From contig JAYWIR010000067.1 of NCBI GenBank assembly GCA_036172245.1, positions 62,001-126,000 on the forward strand: 64,000 nt of DNA, given 5' to 3'. Below are positions 25,320 through 37,837 of this stretch, piece after piece; positions within the stretch are counted from its first letter, which is position 1; each line of letters starts with the position of its first letter. The translations under genes were made by a program, and so were the position numbers. Under the pieces are notes generated by a model. That model ran no database searches, had not been told where the DNA came from, and saw only the letters and a list, made by a program, of their open reading frames with translations. This DNA comes from Raillietiella orientalis (lineage: Eukaryota).

Positions 25320-25712
25320 TCATACTCTTTGCTTTTGGATGATCCTCTGCAAATTTTCTATCTGCTTCTCTTGCAAATGGCAATCAGCGGTGGTTTCCGT
25401 TAGCATATCAAGCAAGAGATCTACTTTAAGCTGCAGCAAGTAATTCTGCTCTTTCAACCTCTTTATGTCTGTATCTCTTGGATGCTCCTGACCAGTTTGA
25501 GCGCTTTTCCCTTGATCACTGACGATTTTCCACGATCCCTGCTGAAACACCAATTCATATTTCCCTAAATTTAAGCGGACTGTTCCATTATTTCGGCTGA
25601 AGCATCGATCCAATTCAATGGGATCCAAATCGGCGTAGAAGCTGGAGGTCAGGCCGTCCACTCGCCTGGAGGGGCTACGCTTCGGGTTGAATTTTCGAGT
25701 AAACAGATTCAT
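25320..25712 (-). CDS. CBY1: Chibby family protein (130 aa), single coding exon
   Basis: MNLFTRKFNPKRSPSRR start, RLNLGKYELVFQQGSW core and coiled coil LKEQNYLLQLKVDLLLDMLTETTADCHLQEK are the hallmark Chibby motifs (F.PK..P.R; L.LG...L.F..G.W; L.EENN.L.LK...LLDML.E). A TTGCAG acceptor lies 10 nt upstream of the ATG (probable 5'UTR intron). Confidence 0.93.
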   Translation of the reverse strand: MNLFTRKFNPKRSPSRRVDGLTSSFYADLDPIELDRCFSRNNGTVRLNLGKYELVFQQGSWKIVSDQGKSAQTGQEHPRDTDIKRLKEQNYLLQLKVDLLLDMLTETTADCHLQEKQIENLQRIIQKQRV

Positions 25713-27024
25713 TGAGCGGCACCTGCAACCAAGAGAACCATGCAACAGTATTTTCTCATCCGTGTGGTGCACTGATGGCTGGGAACGATCGGAAGATTCC
25801 TACCACACTCGAAAATACCACCCATATCCACAGAGCTGCTAAGCGCGATGATTAGTTTATGTCTTTTGGAATTGGTGCGCTGTTATTGTCTTACAACACG
25901 CATCACGGCAAAGATACGTCTGCTCCTTTTATTGCCACGTTACAATCATCCCCACGAGGAACAATTTCCATGCTTACGTCACGGTGTTCGGCGGTCACAA
26001 CGGTCAGCATTCGCTCTCCGTGTTTGGGAATCGTTTCCACAACACGCTCCTCCTATTCGACGTGTTCACGCAACTTCGAGAGGGAACGTTCCTGTGATTT
26101 CCACACTTCATTCCAGTTTCCCAAGATTCGAAAATTCGAAATGCTTTTTGAACCTTGGCCTCTGGGTCTCCGAGATGAAATTCCAACCAGGCGGCACTAC
26201 CAATCACCATCCCACCCATTCAGTAAACCATCGCATCCGCTTTGAACAAAAAAATAAAATAAAAATTGAAATTGGGATAAGCAAAGGCAGGGCAAGGCAT
26301 CCCAGGAAGCACAACATCCTTTTGAAATTCCATTGGATCCTAAAGACAGGACTTCAGCCAAAGATAAATTGATTGATTCTGCTCTAAATTTAAGGTACTT
26401 CTGAGTAAGACCTGAACAGTCCTAAATATAACTTATAATTGATAAGGACAAACCATGTACATCTGTTGAATGCAATAATCAAAGGAAAACCGAATAAACA
26501 ATCAAAGTTATAAAGTTATAAACGAAGATACAGTCAGTCAAATCATGCAAAAAATCAGCAAAAAATCAACCAATGATAATAAGAAAACAAAGCTGAAAAG
26601 TAGAAACAAGGGTCAGAAGGAGGAGGAAACACAGATTACAACTCATGCACCTACTTTTGTTTGCAAGAATGACCAAATGTGCTGCATGAAGGACAAGTAA
26701 TCATTCATAAAAGTGAATAACATACTGAAAAGGCTATATTTATATACTACTACATCGCCTAAACCATCATGTTAAACATTCTTTATTTTGCCTGACTCAA
26801 TGTGCAACTACAGCAAAAAATATTAAACAAAGTATAAAACGCTAACCAAAAACATTACATGCACTTGAATTAAACACAAACATTGATTGACTAATCAATA
26901 TACTCATTAACATAAATGTGAAACTCAAACCTACCTGGTGTGATGGCACTAGCTAGTGGAACTATCCCCAGCATCAATCAATCCATCAGAAAAAAAAGCA
27001 CAAAAGAAACAGACGTTGTTCCCA

Positions 27025-27047
27025 ACACACACACACACACACACACA
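27025..27047. repeat. (CA)n microsatellite
   Basis: About 11 AC units. Confidence 0.9.
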
Positions 27048-29199
27048 AACAAAGCCGCTACTGTTACTTCTTAGACCTGTAGTGATTTATACCTCAACAA
27101 GCAGAATGCAAAATACTTTAATTGAACCCCATATGAAAATCTCTGATCATTTACATGCAGATCACGAACCTGATCATTAGCAAAATAAACATTTTGAAAA
27201 GACTTTTTTTTGGAACTAATACACATTTTTGATGCGACGGCTAAATGTAATACAGTTGCAGTTACAATCATATTCTGCAGCTCTTAAAAAATACAGAGTG
27301 ATAAAGATAAAAAACATGAATAAGCCCCAACCTTGGTTTACCGTCAACAAATGTTCGCACTTTCTTTGTGGATTCAACAGTTGCTTTTTCAAAACTCAAG
27401 CAAGCCAAACTTTATTTTGCAAGATTATCGGTCACTGCGCTGTTCCATTATCTGAAAGTGTTGTGTTACTTTACGTCGACACCGTCCTTCGTACACCACT
27501 GCTTTTTACCAATTCACGTGGACGCCCACACGGTGTGTTCGGTCTTGCGGTGAACACTTACCATCGTGAAAGTACACGCTTTAAAAAATTAGGAATTTCT
27601 CAACTCGCTACAGACTGCTTGTTTCTTTTAAGCCACTCGAAGCTGCTCGTGAATTGCAAGCAGTTTTTCCGAAAACCGCAGCATCTTCGAGATTCGGAAC
27701 AAAAACTGGAAACGGAGAGAACCGGTTGCCCGGCAACCGTTCGGTAAAGCGTCACCTAAAACTCGAGCCACCCAAAACTTGGAACTCACAGCACACATCA
27801 GAATAAAAGACCCAGGACGAAACGTAAGGATAAAAAAAAAAACCACCACGACTTTCCATAGGACAGCTTCAGAGTTTTTTTTTTTTTTTTTTGTCTGCCT
27901 TTGTGAAAGATAATTTCATGACATTGACGTTTCCCCAAGCCGCTCCGCGGTCGTTGATACTGACTATTTATCGAATTAAGTATATCAATTGCAAGCATTT
28001 CTCCACATTTAAGATTCCACTGTCGTAGAATCCATGCCCTTAAGATCGAAATTGAAGACAGAGAAACAAATAGAAGCAAATGCTGGATATGGCACAGATG
28101 GAAGCATCCAGAGACATGCTTCCACCTGAATAAATTCCACCAACGATTTTCTTACTCAAACCATACGGTATTGCAATTGTGAAACTAGTTTATTAAACAT
28201 TCGGAAAATCATGAGCAAGTCGAGAATTCGTAAAATAATTCCAACCCATTTTCCTGCAGCCCATTTCCGCCTGGCAAGTATAATTCGGCTTGACAAATTT
28301 CATGCCATATCAGACCGCGGAGAGAACCATGGAACAGACAATTCTCTCGTATGTGAAATTAGTAAGGATTATGGAGGAAACATGCTATTTTGATTTATAT
28401 AAAAATTATTGTGACTTGCGTGCAATTAGAGAAGTTGTTTGAGAACCTTTCTTTCATACTGAGAAACGGGAGCTGAAGTAATTTCAAAAAAAAGGATAAA
28501 AAAAGGATTTTGGGTATAAAACTTGTATAGAACCTGTAATATACGACTGGAATGTTTACTGTTTTTTGTCGTTGTACTAAAAAGTAAAAACTAACATTGT
28601 TTATACGTTATTTCTGAAAGAACTGCACTGTCACCTATTCGAAATACACTTGAGCATGCTGCTTTCTTTATCTAGAAATACTGACTCTGTGTGAAACAAT
28701 TGTTTAGAGTAACAGGAGTCCAGTTGCTATCAGAAATGAAATAAAAATTATATTATACATAAGAATAGGTCCATTCCATTTCTTAGAACAATTTCAAAAT
28801 TTTTAAAAAGGATTTGAAATGTGAAAAAAAAAAAAAAAATGCATATGTACGCACGTATTAATCAACATTTTTCCTCTGGAACTATTACTGCTATCAATCT
28901 TTGATTTCTGTCCATTTTCAAATCAGGACCGATTACGCGATCCCATTTTGTTTTTAATCCTTGGTGCTCCACTCGTCTCACCTTTTTCCTGAAAAGGATG
29001 ATGACCTCTCAACAGAACAGAATTTCACAGCTGCAGGACAGCCACCGTCATCGTACAGTCCAGATGAAGTCCACTGGTACAGAAAATACACAGAGAACGA
29101 ATGGCGTTGCGTGGGTGCTCAATGCATTCGATCCGATAGTCTGAGAGGGAAAGCACATGCAAACAAAATCAATCAACACGTGAATCACAGTTTGATTTC

Positions 29200-30440
29200 A
29201 TCCGTTCTTCAGCCACGACATATTCCTCTCATTCTGATATTTCTTAAGGAATTTCGATGGTATGGATAGCAACTATCAAGAATGACGGAAGGAATGCCAC
29301 TGAACAGAAAATCCCTAATCCGAACAGATGACTTATCCCACATAAGTTTTCAGAATAAGCTTTGTCCCTAGTCCACCTGCCTTAACTTTGTCTCTTATTC
29401 TTAGAAACTGGAAGAAAGAAATTCCACGCCGATCCCGTGCACTGAGAATTGCAAACCACCGTCCCCAAAGTAGTCAAAGTCTTGCATTTGTCATTTGTTT
29501 ATTTCGTATCCTTGGCACGCCGTACCATGTGGTTGGCTTACTTGATTCCATTCCGTATAATCAAGATAAGGATCCCTTCATTTTTTTAATCTATCTTTCC
29601 TGTGTGCCTGATTTCGTCAGGAGCAGAGCGCATCCATAATAAAGTGTCCTTGCTGGCAAGAGATACGCTTAATGCTTCATTTTAAGATTGCGTTTCCAAC
29701 TTGGTCAACATTAAGTCATGCAAAAGTGCAAACAATCCGCTGTGGTTTCTCATTCATATGGGATTATCTTGAAGTGTTCCATCATGTTTATGGATTCTTG
29801 TATTCCCATCGTCTTCCGCAGCATCGGCTGAAGAACATATCGAAAACTTGGCCATGACAATATTGTACGGCACGCAGTAATTTGTCATTCAATGGATACG
29901 CCTTGCAGGAACGAATATATGCCTCAGGGCGTAAGCAAAGTAAATACGTTGCTTGTCAAAGCAAACTCAGGAGAAAATGACTCGATCCATCACCGCATTC
30001 CCCAAGCATTTGCCTCATTTACATCACAATGAAGAAAGCAATCCATATGATGCTGGAAGTGCTTCAGAACTTTGGCTAGATCAAGTGCATATTCCAAGTA
30101 AAGCAAATTTGGAAATTTTGAGTATCCTACTTGGTGAATTCCATTTCGACTCAGTGCTTCATATTGCCAAAAGAAATGATACGAGAAACTTAATTAGACG
30201 GCAAAATGCATGCACCCATGTTTACTTGAACAGATGTAATATAACTGGGCATACACCTGGATTTTTTCTTTTGGTATTCAACAAGGGATGTTCCTGAGGA
30301 ATGAAACTAGGGTACATGGGGACAATCACCAATTCCATCACACTATGAGAGACCTTCTTATTTCGGATGCCTTACTATTATCTCCCAAAGTTATCACTGT
30401 GATGCATGTAATTCTTTGACCTGCAACTCGAACCGGTGAA
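29200..30440 (-). mobile_element. Decayed RTE-like LINE reverse transcriptase relic
   Basis: Across stops/frameshifts, in correct order: VAGQRIT (~KAAGPDGI), IPKEK, DKLLRAV, GTLQDNP..GLFALLHDLMLTK (~GV.QG..LSP.LF...D), ASKDTLL (~FADD..LL), QDFDYFG (~F.YLGS), RIRDFLFSGIPSVILDSC (~K.RLF...V.SVLLYG). Confidence 0.5.
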
Positions 30441-30902
30441 AAACTTTGATTTCATTTCGTGGAAGCACTTTGGTGCCTATCACATCATAAAGCATCAACA
30501 ATGGAAAAAACAAATTTTCATGGACATCAGATGCCCACAAAGGAAAAAAAAATGGCATGATCATGTGCTGCAGTCATGGGAGGGAATGTGGCTGAACATT
30601 TGCAATTTCAATAGACTTTTGGACATCAAATCCCCATTGCAAATTAACAAACAAGGTTTTGTTTGTTTGTTAAGTTCTGTCTAGATGCACTGAACAAAAC
30701 ACATGATAATCAAATTAATTTTGTAAATATGCAGATCATAATCTGCTGTGCATCAACAAAACATTAAGTACAGCCACCACACACAGTTTGCCAATATTTT
30801 GAACAATGGATGTATCTGCATCATGCAATGGACAGGAAATGAAAACAAAAACACTTATCAAAAATACAAAATTTTGGCTTGGGCAGAAATATTCAAAGCT
30901 TT

Positions 30903-32431
30903 TTAAATGAGAGTTTTGTTCAAATTGGAGTATCCCACACCAATGCACTTAAGCAACACTTTAGCTGCACCTAACTGAAGATCTTTATCTTGAGACCTGC
31001 ATGTTTCTAGCTTAAATGTAAGACCAAGGAATAATTTCAGAAGTCTCAAACATTCAATGCTGAAATAAACCTTATTTGGATACTAATACTTGCAAAAGAA
31101 TGGATCACCTGTAAGATGACAGTGGGCCGATGACCATTTTGGAGACATCTGGTGGTCCAAAAGCCATAAAAATCATACTCATTGCTTGACAGGAAGAATC
31201 CACACACCCTCCTCTATAAATTTCCTCCAGAAGATTATGGGCAGCTAGCCTGCCCACATCCTCAGCAACACTGGGGCCATCTGGACAGCCAGGGAGATTG
31301 GAAACTGATTCCCCTGTGAAGAAGTGACCATCAATAGTTTCAGCCACCAAAGCAATACCATATCCTGAATAGAGCATTAGATCTACTCCTATGATGTCCG
31401 TCACTTACCTGGTGACTTGCCTGAACTTGTTCCCTTGCGGTGGTCTGTTTGAATGTATACATCAGGCAAGAAACCCAACATGACTCCTTTAGCAGATTCA
31501 ACTGTTCGATTACACAAAGAAGGAGACACCCTACAAGAATATGCGACACCGCGAATTCTCTTGATTTTGCTCGTCTTCTCCATCTGAAATACACAATGCA
31601 AAAGGGAATACACTATGTTCTCATCCTACATGAATGGTTTTCAGCTCCCTGCATAAATTGCATGTAAAAACAACATGGCCCCCTCCAAGAGGTGCCATGC
31701 CTCTATTCAAAATTTTCAACTCAGTTTCATCGACATCAGGTATAAATTGCTTCAGAACTGGCAGGTGACTAAACTTAATGCAGTCTACTGAAGGATCCAC
31801 CTAAAAAAAATCCCTGTCAACTCACATGTACATCTACTTACATCATTATTTGTGATACCAAACAATGATATCTGCAACTGTTTCTTGCAAAATGGTGCCA
31901 AGATTAGCAACGGTTCCAGGTAATATGAGATACACTTCTGCAAGCTGCATTCATGTTCCAATTTGCCACCGTGCAAGAAACCCGGATTGTAATAAACCGC
32001 AGTGCCTGTTGAATTAATTTCCGTTTTGGAACCATTTGTTATCTTATCCATCAAGTGAATAAAATTAATTTCGAATTCTGAAAATTAAAGTAATCATTGG
32101 AAAAATCTCTTTTTGGATAACAAACGCGAGAAATGCATTCTCGCATGGAATCTGTACGGTCAAATACAACCTAGAGCATGCATAAAACCGCACTGCTTAG
32201 TACGGATCAAACATACAGTATGCACCATTTTAGTAATTATGACTACACACAACGTAAGGCTATCAGGCAATACTCCAATTCACCTGTCATTCCTGGGTTA
32301 CTGTCTTGGGATCGTATGTCTACGAACCGGATCGGTGTCCTGGTTAAAGTGGCAGTTACAAAACGTAAACGAAAACATGTACAATTTCGAAAAATTCGTA
32401 CTCTGCTCTTAGGACCGACGTTCTTTTCCAT
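30903..32431 (-). CDS. RCL1: RNA 3'-terminal phosphate cyclase-like protein (380 aa), 6 exons: 32431-32284, 32077-31842, 31800-31630, 31583-31409, 31364-31109, 31059-30903
   Basis: Exons join in frame (1143 nt) with GT-AG introns. Motifs FRLRFVTATLTRTPIR..IRS...PG..EFE, MDKITNGS..EINSTGT, YYLEPLLILAPFCKK, VDPSVD, RGMAPLGGG.V, KIKRIRGVAYS.RVSP..NR, GKSPGYGI.LVAET, LLEEIYRGGCVD, C-terminal CIGVGYSNLNK are those of Rcl1. Confidence 0.97.
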
Positions 32432-33299
32432 ATTATGGACCACAGTGAGCCTCCATCAACACATTTGTCAACATGCCTAAACCTCGCGTACGTCTCAAAA
32501 ACCCATGTCACTTCTACCAAACACAGTGATGCCAGCTTACAATGCTTTCTTGCAAAATCAATAACTGTAATGCTTAATAAAATGCAAATAGACATGATTA
32601 ATTATGCCAAACTGAGATTGAAAAAAAATGCAAGCATCCTGTTCATTTAGAAAAGATATGGAAAATTAGAATATTTAAACCTTCCAAGATTGCATATAAT
32701 TTAGGAATTTTAAACTTTCTGGATATTAAAAAACTTTTTCCCTAGCAACAAACAAGAGAAAAACCCATGGAGCGAACTTTTCAGGATTTAAAACGCCACA
32801 TTGAGTAGACCAAAATTGCGTTAAATCCGTTTAGAAGTTCTTAGTATTTCCTGTGGATCTTATTTCTTCCTTCATAAGCTTAATTCCCGTTCTGCATAAG
32901 TATTTTGTATGACTAAGAAGTCAGTCATTTCCTATCATTTCAATTTTTTACCTCTGCATTGATGGGAACAGTGAATGGCTTTACTGAAATGACTTTACTA
33001 TTTTGAATTAATAGTATATGATTGCGAGTCGCTTTGATTTTGGTGATACAAAACTGATTAGTTGATCTCAACAAAGCAGAATTGCAGAGTTTAGAATTTG
33101 CTTTACGTTAATTAATTATCCATTGAGAAATCGCAGTTAAAGAATCACTAGAAGGCAAGCAAATCAGAAAATAACACTGCAAACAACATTTCAGGACAAT
33201 ATTCATAATCTACCGTGAAATAGCTTAACGTACGGCACACTCAATATTCAGTTGCATACTTTACAATGAATTTAATAAAGATACATTAGATCTGATATA

Positions 33300-34080
33300 G
33301 TTGCTTCAAAAATATATTTTCCATAGTATATTTGCGAGGAAACCTTGTATCCAATCCGCTTCATTATATTGCTTTGGGAAGTGTTTCCAGTTTTTCATGT
33401 TTTGCATTTGATTCCTCAAGGAAAAGATGGCTGTGTTTATTCACTTGAACCTTGGGCGTTTTTGTTCTGAGGAATTGCGTTTCTCTTGGAATCAAAACTC
33501 AACAATAAAACCTAAATAACTTTCAACTTCAACTCAACATCATGAGCCTTTCGCTTTTGCACTTTGGAAATCCTATTTGGAATGGTCTTTCCTCGAAAAG
33601 AGGTAAAATAACCTGCCAGCACGTGAAACGTTCACCGATTTCAAGTTAGCAGCACCTTTGTTTGCGTCAGTGAAAATGAGCATTGTGTCCGTTTCGTGTG
33701 CTGTTTGTAATATCCCGTTGCTATTTAGTCGAAACGTGATGAATGGTCATGAACGAGGCCACTGAAATCGCTTTAATCTCTATGTGGTTCGTGTAAATCA
33801 GAATGGCGGGTGCACTGATGAAACCATCTTTGTTAGATCTCACATCGCGAAGGTTTCTCAGAAATCATTCTGAGCCATCAAAAATGCCGTATGCCAGATC
33901 GGACGAATCGGATGATGATATGTCCGTCCCAAAGTTCGTACCCATGACCGCACTTTCCTCACCTGCCATGATTTTGCTCCAGAGTGAATGCATCTCCCGC
34001 TTCGATTTTGCTGGCGGTATGCTCGTTTAGAGACCTAGAAATTCCACGAAACTTCTGCGAAACGGGGGTGGTACTGAATT
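33300..34080 (-). mobile_element. Decayed APE endonuclease relic of an RTE-like LINE
   Basis: In order across frames: GHIII (~GH.IIYSG), IEIKAISVAS (~I.IIS.YAP), DTMLIFTDANK (~D..I..GDFNA), KSERLMML (~NGERLL), INTAIF...NWKHFPKQYNEADWI (~TNT.F...TW.HP....IDYI). Confidence 0.45.
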
Positions 34081-34369
34081 TGGAAACATCATTCTTCATG
34101 CAGGGATTATGGATATGATGCGATGGTCCTCAGGGTGTCGTGTCCTCAATAATGTGAGCTTTTCAGCGACTAAGTGGAGCCCAGGTCAGAGATCGTCTCG
34201 AGCTTGCCAAAGAAATCCGACTGAAATTCGGTCGCCTGCATAGGGCGAGATGGTTGGAAAGGAACCTGGAACATGGGCGTGGGGAAGAGAATGAACAAGC
34301 AACAAGACGAGAACGAAGAGCAGGCAGGCAGGATGAATGCTACAGAGTCCGGGAGCAGTAAGCAGCACT

Positions 34370-34700
34370 CTACGGGAGCGGGTTCTTTCCGGGGAGTCTC
34401 TCCAGAGAGAATGAGGAAGGAGGCTCCCTCCAGGGGTTCCCTATGAAGACAACCAGGGCGGGTGTTTCCTCTGGGTTCTCTCGCAAGCTTAAGAAAGGAA
34501 CTGGACTAGTTCCTCCTGAGCCTTCCTGGATCCACAGGGTGCTTCCTCGCCCCCGGATGGCATGGGCAAAGTCAAAGAGCTTTGTGGGTCCCCCCTACGG
34601 AGGCGGACGGTTCTTCATCGATTGGCGAAACAGAAAGGGGGGAGGGTAAGGCTGGAGTGGAAGCAGGTAAAGCAGAAGAACCCTGAGGGCATTGCCTCCA
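34370..34700 (+). mobile_element. Family B repeat, 3' portion
   Basis: tgagccttcctggatccacaggg and ggaggcggacggttcttca shared with 50081-50202. Confidence 0.7.
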
Positions 34701-36944
34701 TCCTTCTGAATCTTTCTGTTGGTCACCTTTGCTTCTGAGATGGGAGCGGAGGCCACTGGAAGACGCAGCGTCGGGAGCAGCGCGGTCCCTTGTCCTGGCT
34801 GGGCACCTCCACCGGCAGCTCGGCCCAACGGGGAGAAGGTCAGCACACGAGGAGTTGCGCACCGCCTTCGGACGATTCCCTCCGAGAGGAGGCCGCGCCC
34901 GTTGGCGTCGAGAGAGCCAAGCTCTCTCTCCCTCATCCCACATCCTGCCGCGCTCGCTCCGCCGTCGGGGTCGGAGCCACCTGATACGACCCTGGGGGAC
35001 GGCGTCTTCGAACGGGAAGGGTTCGGGGCGAGGAGGGGAGGGCCGCAGCGAGCGACTGCATGCGATGGGAGGGCTCGCTGCCTCCCTCGGAGCGCTCGGC
35101 CCGGGACGCCGGCGGAGCGCGAATCGACCCCCCGCCTGCGGTGCGGAGGCGGGGAAGGGCACCTCTGAGCGGCTCCCGCGGCGGCCCCACGTGATCCGCA
35201 GGACGAGAAGGACAAGGGAGGGGAAAGGGCTGCCTACCCTCCCGTCCCCTGCGCCGACGACTGGCGTTCCCTCTGGGCGACGCCTCGTCGTGCCGGGAAG
35301 ATCAAGTGCATCCCCCCAGCTTCCGGGAGCTTCCGAGGATGGGGGTTCGCCGTCCGGCAGGCGAGGGAGGGAAGGGGACGGAAGACAGGGGGGGAGAGTG
35401 TTGACGGGCGCGGAGGCGTGGACGCTGACAGCGCCTGGCAGCGGGAGGAAGGGCGGGACGCGGCGCGGACGGGCTTCCCGATGAGAGAAAGTGACGGGGG
35501 TCGACGGGAAAGCCCACGAGGCGGGAATGCCGAACGAAAGGGCGCATGGAGGAAAGAGGAGGGGGGAAGAAGGGGGGGAAGAAGGGGGGGACGGAAACCC
35601 CAGCTCCCTCGCGCGCATGGGAAGGTCGAACAGAGGAGCACGTGCGGAAACTCAGCGGTGCGTAGAGTTCTAGTGGGAACGGGAGGCAGCAACGAGGACT
35701 CTCCCGGTGCCCCGAGGAGTCCTCCGGACCAGGGAACTCGCGAGCCTCTCGATGCACGGGAACGTTCCTGCAACTTCAGGAAAGATAGCCGCCTCCGTGA
35801 GGAGACCGGAACAACACTGGACCAAATAGCTCTTCCGAGTGGAGGACATCCCTCGCCGCGTCAGGGAGCGCGAGGGGGGGGGGGATAAATTAGCCCTGGA
35901 GGATTTTGCGGATCTCAGTAGCGTCTGTCGAAACTCGCACGGAGGCCGGAGGACGGGCTTCACTCTCTCCTGGGTGTTGCCGCGCATTTCCTTGGAGACA
36001 TCTCCGCCATTGGGTGCCGGCATCCCCGCGCGTAGCCACAGGGAGGCTCTTCGTTTGGCCTCTTCCAGGGATCGCGGACAGAGGGTGCATCTGCCACGTG
36101 TGCGCGTGGACAAGGAGGCCAGACGGTTGCCTTCCAGACCACCATCGGATACCCGTCGCCTAGCCTAAAGTTCGAGCCCCCCATGAACTACGACGACGAG
36201 GAGGAGGAGGAAGGAAGGGAGGAGGAATGGAAACGGAAAAGGAAGAGCAGGATGTGATGCCTGCGTACCTGCTCCTTTTTGCCAGTTCACCTCCTATCCC
36301 AAGGCCCACGAACAGGCCACAGAAACCCGGCTTGACGCAGCCGCTGGAGTGATCGTCACGTTCCCACCCCCATCTTTGCGAGGAGTTGCTGCTAGGTTCC
36401 TTCAGCGAGCCTCCGGAAACATCCACTTAGGGGTGCTCTCCCGAGACCTGAGCTGTGAGCCACAGGGATCAACTGAAAGCAGTGCAAGGGGCAACGCCTC
36501 CCACCGCCCGTGGTTCCTTTCTCTAGGCCGCGCACGTTTGAGAGGGGAGCGCCACCTCGTTTTCTGCTTCTCCTGACTTCTCTCCGAGCGCCAAGATGCT
36601 GCCGTAGAGTCGCTCCTGGTCTCAGCCACCGCTCTCTGGAACGGGAGCAACCATACTGGTTCCTCTCCAAAGGAGAAGGGACAGAGAGAGAGGATGGAAG
36701 GGGGAGGGAAGGGGAGAAGAAAAGGTCATTGAAATGCACTGGGTCACAGCGCACGCGGTCCGCGACCATTTGGTCAAACGGTTGCACCATCTGAAGGTGG
36801 AGAGCGGATCTTCCAGCCCACCGCGTGAGTGTTTGGGACGATAGCCATCCCTGAACGAAGGAAACGACGATGATGAGGCGCCTCTAGAATAGTAGAGAGA
36901 CCACGGTTGTCCTCGCAGCTGCACCCTTCTGGTGGTCCACTAGT

Positions 36945-37690
36945 CGATGATGAGAATCCTTTGGGATTCCTCTGATCTTTCCTTCCGGTTTTTCTTTCGT
37001 TGGTTCTCAAGGAGTACTGAAGAACCGTTCGCCTCCTTAGGGGTGGGGAGGTAGTCACGAAGCTCATGGTCCACACCATCCGAGAGTGCGTGTGACTCTT
37101 CAAGTGAGAGGACAACCCTAGAGGGACCACACTGTGAATCCATCGAAGGAAGGTGTCCGTTTCTCTCTTGCTCTTCGTGGGGAACCCCGGAGGCAACCCT
37201 CTCCCGGTTGTATCCGAAGCGAACCTGGAAAGGAGCCGCTCCTTGTTTCCTCCTTTAAAGAGAGCCCCGAAGAGACGCTTCCCAGTTTCTATGAAGGGCG
37301 CTCCCTGAAGAGCGGAGCACTTCTTGCACTCGGGAGAAGCAACCCCCAAGGGGAGTGGGGTGGGGGAGAGTATAGACTGGCTCCATGGAATCCGATGGAG
37401 GGTCCCACGATGGTGGGTCGGCTCTATTTTGACAACCGAAGGGGGAACTCCGGAGGGCTCCTCGATATCCTGGAAGGACCCCGGAGGGTCGACTTGCAAT
37501 CTCGGCTGGTAAACGGGGGCAGCCGGCTTCCACCAGTGCCGCCGCGCCCGAATAGGCCAACCAGCGCCATCCTGCCGAGAGAGGGTGAAATTCGGAAGCC
37601 ACGATGCACCGCCCGTGTTCTCAGCGTCGACCCTCCCCCCCAGGAGGGATTGGAACCCGCGACGCCAGGTGCCACCGCGCAGATGGAAGT
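36945..37690 (-). mobile_element. Family B SINE-like repeat, near full length
   Basis: B-box-like GGTTCCAATCC (37657-37647), core gtcgaccctccggggtccttccagga, tail gaagagtcacacgcac...ctaaggaggcgaacggttcttcag.actccttgagaacc shared with 50120-50220. Confidence 0.75.
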
Positions 37691-37837
37691 TCATTTTCTC
37701 GACGTCTTCTTATGCGGCGTCTTTCCTCTGCCGGTTTCATTTTTCGGGAGGGAATCGCGGAGGTTCGGGGAGGACTCGACGCGGGACCGCCCTGCCTGCT
37801 GACTGTGCGGGCGGCGCTGCGGGTAGGGTTCACGACC

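Noticed and set aside
25320..32431. RCL1-Chibby operon
   Set aside because: Same strand but 5.2 kb apart with a TE relic and promoter-like patches between.
36774..37802. 306-aa and 222-aa ORFs in family B
   Set aside because: Frames are not preserved among copies; shared peptides simply reflect DNA similarity.
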